Of a DNA stretch of 64,000 nt, positions 62,818 through 64,000 are shown one piece after another. The notes under the pieces were generated by a model, which made no database searches, was not told the origin of the DNA, and was given only the letters and a program-made list of their open reading frames with translations. Within the stretch, counting starts at the first letter, position 1; the number at the start of each line of letters is the position of its first letter. A program made the translations under genes and the position numbers. This DNA comes from Heterodontus francisci (taxonomy: Eukaryota), in assembly GCF_036365525.1 (NCBI RefSeq), contig NC_090404.1, forward strand, positions 13,730,550-13,794,549, given 5' to 3'.

Positions 62818-63305
62818 CTGCAGAAAAAATAAAATAAATTTCAATAAACAGGGGAATTCCAGAGACAATGAAACCGGTGGGGAGATGTGAGAGGAATGTA
62901 CTTCGCACTGAAATTTAAAGGTTTTACTTTTCCCCTTGAGGCATTTCTGTCCCGAGCAGAGACGAATGCAATCCTTCTCGCTGAGTACTTAAAGGGTTCG
63001 ACTGGAAAAGCACATAGAATTTGTAGCAGAGGAACAGGTCATTAGGTTCCACTAGTCTGTGCTGGCGCTTACGCTGAATATGAACATCCACCCACCTCAC
63101 TTCATCTCCTATTCCTTTCACCTTTACCTACTTGTCTATCTTCCACTTGAATGCATCACCAATGCTTCCAGAGGGCTTCGTTAGTGGAATTATAATTAGA
63201 TCATCAGAGAAATCCATTGGAGCACTTAATGGAACGAATTGTCCCTTGCACAAGCACCAGAAATGGACACAAGCTCTCACTTATTACTTAAACCTCACCG
63301 CTCAC

Positions 63306-63614
63306 CATGTTCCTTATGGATGGAATCTCTGAGAGGAGTCGGCAGATCCTGATGGCTCACCACGCAGTAGAACTCATCCCCACTCAGCCAGGCCTGTGTC
63401 GAGATGTTTACGGTGCTGATCACGCTGTCGGCATCCTCTCCGGGTTGGACGGCAATCTCTGATTTCAAAGGCTTCTGTTCTTGGGTCCAGGACACATTGA
63501 CTCCATAAGGAGCATTAGACACGACGCAGGTTAAGGTCACCGTCGCCTCCAGTAAGACCTGTTCTACTGATGGTGGCAGTAGTTTAATTACCGGATCATT
63601 GCAGGAGCAAGCAA
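63306..63614 (-). CDS. IGHM: IgM cluster 2 CH3
   Basis: tttacag| [30 protein letters not shown]...[22 protein letters not shown] |gtgagc; upstream exons lie beyond the window. Confidence 0.97.
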
Positions 63615-64000
63615 CTGTAAAGCAGAAATGAAAGTCAAACAAAGATTCAACTTCAGAATCAGACACCAGTATTCAGCCTTCACTGTCTCTTGGAGAATAA
63701 ATCACCTTTGAGACATCAACCTCAAGCTGTTGCTTAAATAATATCGTTTATTGGAAGGACAACAACCTGAAAAAGCTTCCTGGAGATCCTATAACATATA
63801 CTGTGCATTTGCACCCAAAGAAGCCTGTAATGGGCTTTGAAGCAAGTACCCGGCGTAAAAAATCGAATAATAGCGGGAGAAATTGTGTTCTGCACTAAAT
63901 AACGTTCTTCCTGAAATCCCTGGTGGAGTAGGCTTGAGGGGCCGAGTGGTCTACGACTGCTCCTAATTCGTATGTTCGTATTTCCGCCCGTCTAACGATC

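Overview
Vertebrate genomic DNA from a cartilaginous fish. The constant exons closely match horn shark (Heterodontus-type) IgM as I recall it; the species is an inference. The window is an antigen-receptor locus embedded in dense LINE, SINE and satellite sequence. (1) On the minus strand lies a complete, apparently intact ~17 kb IgM heavy-chain cluster: leader 31964-32009, VH 31547-31850 with a 22-RSS, one J-like segment 31117-31168, CH1-CH4 with secretory tail, TM1 and TM2. (2) The 3' half of a second IgM cluster (CH3, CH4/sec, TM1, TM2; 57805-63614) has the same orientation and ends only ~26 kb upstream of the first. (3) About 3 kb downstream of the first cluster begins an array of TCR alpha/delta-type V segments: one intact V (11316-11787, minus, near-perfect 23-RSS) plus several pseudogenes and relics on both strands. 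The first cluster is the most unusual element. Its leader and V look IgW-type although they are attached to C-mu exons. It has no free D segments: its J carries a 12-bp-spacer RSS and a D1-like 5' end, suggesting a germline-joined DJ that allows one-step V-to-DJ joining. Its cysteine pattern is also remodelled. Other observations are exon-restricted homogenisation between the two C-mu copies, a GC splice donor in the second cluster's TM1, and several short Penelope-like inserts carrying hammerhead-ribozyme motifs with target-site duplications. Family assignments come from my own translation and recall of shark sequences, not from database searches.
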